A DNA stretch of 63,619 nucleotides, filler included, from Candidatus Nanoarchaeia archaeon (GTDB taxonomy: Archaea; Nanobdellota; Nanobdellia; Woesearchaeales; DATDTY01), in assembly GCA_035290625.1 (NCBI GenBank). It is 6 parts of 6 records of this genome, joined end to end, with 100 filler letters (N's around TTAATTAATTAA, not from the genome) between each part and the next. Parts side by side here need not be neighbours in the genome. Positions count along the whole stretch, not along the records: positions 56,982 to 61,402 come from DATDTY010000025.1; positions 61,503 to 63,619 come from DATDTY010000048.1; 4 more parts are not named here. One strand, 5' to 3'. Below the pieces are notes generated by a model. It was not told where the DNA came from. It was given only the letters and a program-made list of their open reading frames with translations, and did no database searches. This document shows positions 59,259 to 63,619 of the stretch, piece after piece. The translations under genes were made by a program, and so were the position numbers. The first letter of the stretch is position 1; every line of letters starts with the position of its first letter.

Positions 59259-61402
59259 GAGGCGGCAACAGCCACTTCATCTCCTTGGCCTGAACTGGCA
59301 ATGGCGCTGGCTCGAACTGTAAGCATTGTTGATTTTGAATCTCCATTCTCTTCTCCATCCCAGGGCGTGACTGAGCAGGTGACCGTATCTCCTGCCTGCG
59401 CAGTGAGAGTAAGCTGCTTCTCGCAGCGATACGCGCCGTCGCCTTGCTGCTCACAACCCCCAATATCAGCAAGCTCATTGATTCCGTCAAAGCGGTAGGT
59501 TGCTGACACCGAATCTGAATCTGGATCCTTGACTGCAGCAACGCAGGAAAACGTGCTGCCTGCAGTTACCTGTTCAGGGCTGAAAGCCACACTCTCAACC
59601 TGCGGCTTGCTGTTGCCTACAGTGGCTTCTTTGAGATCGCTCTCCTCTTCGCCCTCTTTTGTAGTAGCACGCATCGTGCACCTGATGATGTCTCCTTTTT
59701 GCGTAAAGCTTGCTTGCAGATCAGCTCTGCATTCCGTATCGCTGCATCCAACGCTCTTTTCGCCCTGGATAGGCTGCTCGCTCCCCCCTGCAATCTTTGA
59801 AAAAGTATAGTATGCTGTGGCGAGCCCTTCCCCCTTGCCGATGCAGCTAATGGCCTGGTCGCTTGCTGGCTTTGCAGGACTCAGCTGCACATAAAATCCA
59901 GAGGGAGCCTGTACTGAGATAGGAATGCTCTTCTCAAGATGGTAACTGTACGTTGCTGTCGCTTTAAAGTTTTTGATTGCATAGGGGTTTTCATAGGAGT
60001 TTTGATTGAGGAGCTGGCCAGCGTTGCGCTGGGGGATGAAGAGGGGGCAGCTGTACGTGATGTAGGGTTGTGTGGATCTTCTGAGGCTCCTTTTTTCTCT
60101 CTCCCTGGCTGCGAGATGCAAGGCAAACCCATCCTCGATATCGAGGTTGTCGTAAGGTTCGAAGTCTGTGCAGGACGGCTTGACCTCAATCCCATCTGGA
60201 AGAGAGAGGACGATATCATTAAGGAGGTCAAGAGACCCGTCCCAATTGTTTGAAAGCGTCACGCCAAGCACGAATTCCTTATCCTGGCTGCCAATCTTTA
60301 TTGGCTGGTCTTCTAGCGTTCCAATGCCAATGGCAACAGGCCCAGGAGTGTATGTTGCATCGGGGTTTACTCCAAGGAACCCGGCATCTCGAAGCAAGGT
60401 GCTGTCCTTCGGAGATCCTTGAGGATCAACGAGAGGGTTGCCTCGTTGGATAAAATAGACTGGAAGGTAAGACAGGGTGGTGAATGAAAAGTCTGCTGCA
60501 ATGGTAATCATATGGCTTCCGAGCTCAAGGCTGTCAAAGCTGCAGCCGATGCTTTCCTGGTCCTTTTTCTCAACAATGATGTTGACAGGGCTGCCTTCAA
60601 AATAATCCGGCAATGTTGTCCCAACCTGCCTCTGTCTCGGACTGTTGCTGTCAGCCTCGCAGGAAAGCTGGATATGGGTGGGTGCATCAATCGTTTGAGC
60701 AGTAAGCTTCCCATAGACAGAAACAGGCTCGCCATCCCGAAATACAAGCTGCTGCGCCCTCACATCCTCAATGCGCACGCCTAAAGGCTCTTTTGCATTT
60801 GAATCAACCTGGCCGGTGTAGTAGTCTCCGGTGGTTGCGTAGGTGAGCCTGCCGTGGACAGTATCATTGAACGCATTAGTAACATCATCCCGGAAAGCCT
60901 TGAGGTTCTCCCAGAACCTGACAACAACCTGCTGCGCGCTAATAATCTCCTGCCGTGTCGTAGGCTGCACAAAGTTTCCCACAGTCTTGAACTCCTGGTA
61001 ATTTGCAAAGATAAAGAAGCCGATAATCAGAAATATGGCTGCCTTGCTCATAAAAGTCGGAGCATAGCGATTCTGCATATAGAGTGCGTAAAATACCCAG
61101 ATAGGGTAAAGGATGTGGTTTCCGCCAATAACGCCCAAAGCCCCGATAGGGACCGTACTAAGAAAGGAAAAGAAGAAAAAATCAAAGAAAAGTAAAACAA
61201 GGAGAGTGATGTTTGCGTTTTCCTCTGGAATGTTCGGACGCAAAAGAACAAAGTAGAACAAAATTCCAAAGAGGAGATGCAGCACAGCCCGGCCATCCCA
61301 TGCAGTGAAAGAAAGAATCAGCGCATAGAACCAAACCACAAAAGCATAAGAAAGGTAAAGTCTCATGTCCTGATGGCTCCGTATCTTTAAAAATCCGATA
61401 GC
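59255..61402 (-). CDS. Large membrane protein with extracellular Ig-like domains (probably 5'-partial)
   Basis: N-terminal TM helices and beta-rich Cys-containing domains; the frame is open up to the gap. Confidence 0.75.
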   Translation of the reverse strand, partial: AIGFLKIRSHQDMRLYLSYAFVVWFYALILSFTAWDGRAVLHLLFGILFYFVLLRPNIPEENANITLLVLLFFDFFFFSFLSTVPIGALGVIGGNHILYPIWVFYALYMQNRYAPTFMSKAAIFLIIGFFIFANYQEFKTVGNFVQPTTRQEIISAQQVVVRFWENLKAFRDDVTNAFNDTVHGRLTYATTGDYYTGQVDSNAKEPLGVRIEDVRAQQLVFRDGEPVSVYGKLTAQTIDAPTHIQLSCEADSNSPRQRQVGTTLPDYFEGSPVNIIVEKKDQESIGCSFDSLELGSHMITIAADFSFTTLSYLPVYFIQRGNPLVDPQGSPKDSTLLRDAGFLGVNPDATYTPGPVAIGIGTLEDQPIKIGSQDKEFVLGVTLSNNWDGSLDLLNDIVLSLPDGIEVKPSCTDFEPYDNLDIEDGFALHLAAREREKRSLRRSTQPYITYSCPLFIPQRNAGQLLNQNSYENPYAIKNFKATATYSYHLEKSIPISVQAPSGFYVQLSPAKPASDQAISCIGKGEGLATAYYTFSKIAGGSEQPIQGEKSVGCSDTECRADLQASFTQKGDIIRCTMRATTKEGEEESDLKEATVGNSKPQVESVAFSPEQVTAGSTFSCVAAVKDPDSDSVSATYRFDGINELADIGGCEQQGDGAYRCEKQLTLTAQAGDTVTCSVTPWDGEENGDSKSTMLTVRASAIASSGQGDEVAVAAS

Positions 61403-61502
61403 NNNNNNNNNNNNNNNNNNNNNNNNNNNNNNNNNNNNNNNNNNNNTTAATTAATTAANNNNNNNNNNNNNNNNNNNNNNNNNNNNNNNNNNNNNNNNNN
61501 NN
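61403..61502. other. Artificial contig linker
   Basis: Ns with TTAATTAATTAA. Confidence 0.99.
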
Positions 61503-61530
61503 CACAAATATCTATTAATTCATCTGCCAT
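61503..61530 (-). CDS. Gene start MADELIDIC (truncated at gap; resembles NUDIX/IPP-isomerase N-termini)
   Basis: ATG at 61530 with a TATA-like TTTTTAA upstream; only 9 codons are visible. Confidence 0.35.
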
Positions 61531-61585
61531 AATATTGGTTTGAAGTTTATAGGTTAAAAATGTTTTGTTTAGTAGCCCCAAAATC

Positions 61586-61659
61586 AAATGTCGTATAACA
61601 CCTATTCATCCACCTTTATACCCTGTTTAGTGCCTCTCAGATGGTTATTACGAACATTT
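61586..61659. promoter_or_regulatory. Imperfect inverted repeat, candidate recombinase att site
   Basis: AAATGTCGTATAAC ... GTTATTACGAACATTT, with two 1-nt bulges, abutting the integrase TATA box. Confidence 0.5.
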
Positions 61660-61683
61660 ATATACATGATAGCCATCCCCCCA

Positions 61684-62478
61684 ATGATGGGATATTCCGA
61701 AGAGGAGATGCAGAGCCTGCTTCAGAAGCTCGATGAAGAGATCAGGCTGAGAAAGTATTCACCGAGAACTGGAAAATCGTATGGCTCGATTGTTGGGAGA
61801 TACCTGAAGTCAGGCAAGGAGCCAAGGGAGTTCCTGTTGGGGTATGCGGACAAGAGCAGGTCAGCCATCAGGAATGCCTATTTTAGCCTGCAGTTCTTCT
61901 ATCAAAAGGTATTGCGCCATGAATTTCCTGAGCATATTCCATTGGCAAAGCACTCCGGAAGGAAGCCGGTTGTCCTGGGAAAAGACGAAATCCAGCAGAT
62001 GCTGTCTTCAACCTATAACCTGAAGCACCGCCTGCTTATTGCATCCCTGTATTACAGCGGCATGAGGCTGGATGAAGCCAGGAATCTCAAGTGGGAGGAC
62101 ATTGACCGCGAGAGAAAGACCATTCACCTGAAAGTCACCAAAGGCTCCAGGGACAGGATTCTCTTCCTCCATCCGGAACTTGAAAGGATGATCCTGCTTT
62201 TTGGTTCGAAAAGCTCTGGCCTGGTTTTCTCTTCAAGCCAGGGCATCTACAACGCGAGAAGCATTGAGCAGGCAGTAAAAAACGCAGCAAGAAAAGCAGG
62301 GATCCGTAAGCACGTTACCCCGCACACACTGCGCCATAGCTTTGCAACGCATCTTCTTGAAGGAGGGGCTGACCTGAGGGTTGTCCAGGCATTGCTCGGC
62401 CATAAGAGCCTGGCCACTACCCAAATATACACTCATCTTATGAACAGGGATTTGCAGAAGGTTTCCCGGCTGCTGTAG
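61684..62478 (+). CDS. Tyrosine recombinase (XerC/D or integron-integrase-like)
   Basis: YSPRT N-domain; PVVL; catalytic R-K-HxxR-H-Y (GMRLDE, KGSRDR, HTLRHSFATH, LGH, TTQIY). Confidence 0.93.
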   Translation: MMGYSEEEMQSLLQKLDEEIRLRKYSPRTGKSYGSIVGRYLKSGKEPREFLLGYADKSRSAIRNAYFSLQFFYQKVLRHEFPEHIPLAKHSGRKPVVLGKDEIQQMLSSTYNLKHRLLIASLYYSGMRLDEARNLKWEDIDRERKTIHLKVTKGSRDRILFLHPELERMILLFGSKSSGLVFSSSQGIYNARSIEQAVKNAARKAGIRKHVTPHTLRHSFATHLLEGGADLRVVQALLGHKSLATTQIYTHLMNRDLQKVSRLL

Positions 62479-62503
62479 AGCATTCTGAGCCCCCAACAAA
62501 CCA

Positions 62504-62648
62504 GGCTCAGTAGAAAGTCCGGCATCATTTTTGCGAGCTTCTTCAGATTTAGCTGCACTGCTGACAGAGGGTCGCCCCCTTCGGGGGTGTCAGCAAACAC
62601 AAACGCCATCGCAAGCGAGCCCGATGCCGTATGACTTTCTACTGAGCC
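62504..62648. mobile_element. MITE-like hairpin element, copy 11
   Basis: Perfect 16-bp terminal repeat GGCTCAGTAGAAAGTC; CCCAACAAA on both flanks. Confidence 0.88.
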
Positions 62649-62732
62649 CCCAACAAATCCATAAAGTTTAAATACTACCTGTTTACTACATATCGTATTG
62701 GTTTACTCTAAATCAACAGAAAGGTGAAAAAC

Positions 62733-63170
62733 ATGAGATTTGACCCATTTGAGGAGATAGCAAGGATGCATGAAGAGATGGACAGGGTATTTGCAAGGAT
62801 GTTTAAGAGCCATAAGAGCAAGGAATTGCAATGGAGCAGCTTCAGGTCTCCTGTGTCTGATCTGAAGGAGACAGAAAAAGGCATTGTAGCTTCGATTGAG
62901 CTGCCAGGGGTCGATAAAGACGGCATTGAGCTCAATGTGACTGATACCAGCATAGAGGTTAAGGCTGAAAACAGGATAGAGAAGAAGCATGAGAAAGAAG
63001 GCTTCTCAAGCTACGAAAACAGGATGTCCAAATTCTATAGGAGGATCCCACTCCCGAGTGAGATCGATGCAAGCCAGGCAAAGGCATCCTTCAAAAATGG
63101 CATACTCAGGATCGAGGCTCCGAAGTTAAAGGAACTTGAGCACAAAAGAAAAAGGGTTCAGATCGAGTGA
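62733..63170 (+). CDS. Hsp20/alpha-crystallin small heat shock protein
   Basis: ELPGVDK, FYRRIPLP and ASFKNGILRI motifs. Confidence 0.93.
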   Translation: MRFDPFEEIARMHEEMDRVFARMFKSHKSKELQWSSFRSPVSDLKETEKGIVASIELPGVDKDGIELNVTDTSIEVKAENRIEKKHEKEGFSSYENRMSKFYRRIPLPSEIDASQAKASFKNGILRIEAPKLKELEHKRKRVQIE

Positions 63171-63172
63171 CG

Positions 63173-63619
63173 ATGAAAGCAAAAGGTTCAGCGAAGCCCC
63201 AGGAGGATAAGGAGTATAGCGGTGGGGGTACAAAAGAGACAAAAGAGGATACTCTGGAGGAGAAGCCCGTGCCTACCCCTCTCGCAGAAAAAGACCAAGA
63301 AAAAGACCAGAGGATAGCTGACCTTACCGAATCCCTCCAGCGCCTTCAGGCAGAGTTTGAGAACTTCATGAAGCGGAACAAGAAAGAGACCGAGCTCTTA
63401 CGGAAATATGCCGAAGAAGAGTTCATCAGAAAGCTGCTTCCGATCATCGACAGCTTTGAGCATGGCCTAAAAGAGTGCAAAGAAGAGACAGAGTTTGCTA
63501 GGGGGATGCAGATGATCTACGGCCAGTTCTGGCATTTCCTGAAGCAGTCTGGCGTGGCTCCAATCAATGCAAAGGGGAAGTTTGATCCCAACCTGCATGA
63601 TGTGATGCTCCAGGAAGAG
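63173..63619 (+). CDS. grpE: Nucleotide exchange factor GrpE (runs off the window)
   Basis: LQRLQAEFENFMKR, LLPIIDSFE and KFDPNLH motifs. Confidence 0.93.
   Translation, partial: MKAKGSAKPQEDKEYSGGGTKETKEDTLEEKPVPTPLAEKDQEKDQRIADLTESLQRLQAEFENFMKRNKKETELLRKYAEEEFIRKLLPIIDSFEHGLKECKEETEFARGMQMIYGQFWHFLKQSGVAPINAKGKFDPNLHDVMLQEE

Noticed and set aside
1..63619. CRISPR array or cas genes
   Set aside because: No regularly spaced repeat-spacer pattern and no cas motifs were seen; the repeats are dispersed.

Overview
This window is archaeal DNA, most likely from a DPANN (Woesearchaeota/Pacearchaeota-like) metagenome-assembled genome. The evidence is rpl15e, radA, RPA, RFC-L, archaeal SRP RNA, intron-containing tRNAs, TATA/BRE promoters and many proteins with class III (pilin-like) signal peptides. 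Five artificial 100-bp N/TTAATTAATTAA linkers join six contigs, so synteny across them is not evidence. Housekeeping content includes non-oxidative pentose phosphate genes, tmk, speB, leuS, thyA, coaD, dapAB, metG, hsp20 and grpE. The main observations are: (1) about 11 copies of a hairpin-rich, modular 140-260 bp mobile repeat with a shared core but different self-complementary termini and 8-9 bp target duplications, one of which disrupts hicA; (2) a five-gene pilin-like operon in which one subunit carries an apparently intact peptidoglycan amidase domain; (3) a tyrosine recombinase with an att-like bulged inverted repeat and a divergent downstream gene, resembling an integron layout; (4) a bacterial-type LeuRS with an alpha/beta hydrolase inserted in the editing region; (5) a His-ending leader peptide with alternative hairpins upstream of a circularly permuted ATP-grasp-like gene; (6) three toxins inactivated by three different mechanisms; (7) an AT-rich sugar-modification operon inside a segment bounded by a ~140 bp direct repeat. 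All calls were made by eye from motifs; no searches were run.
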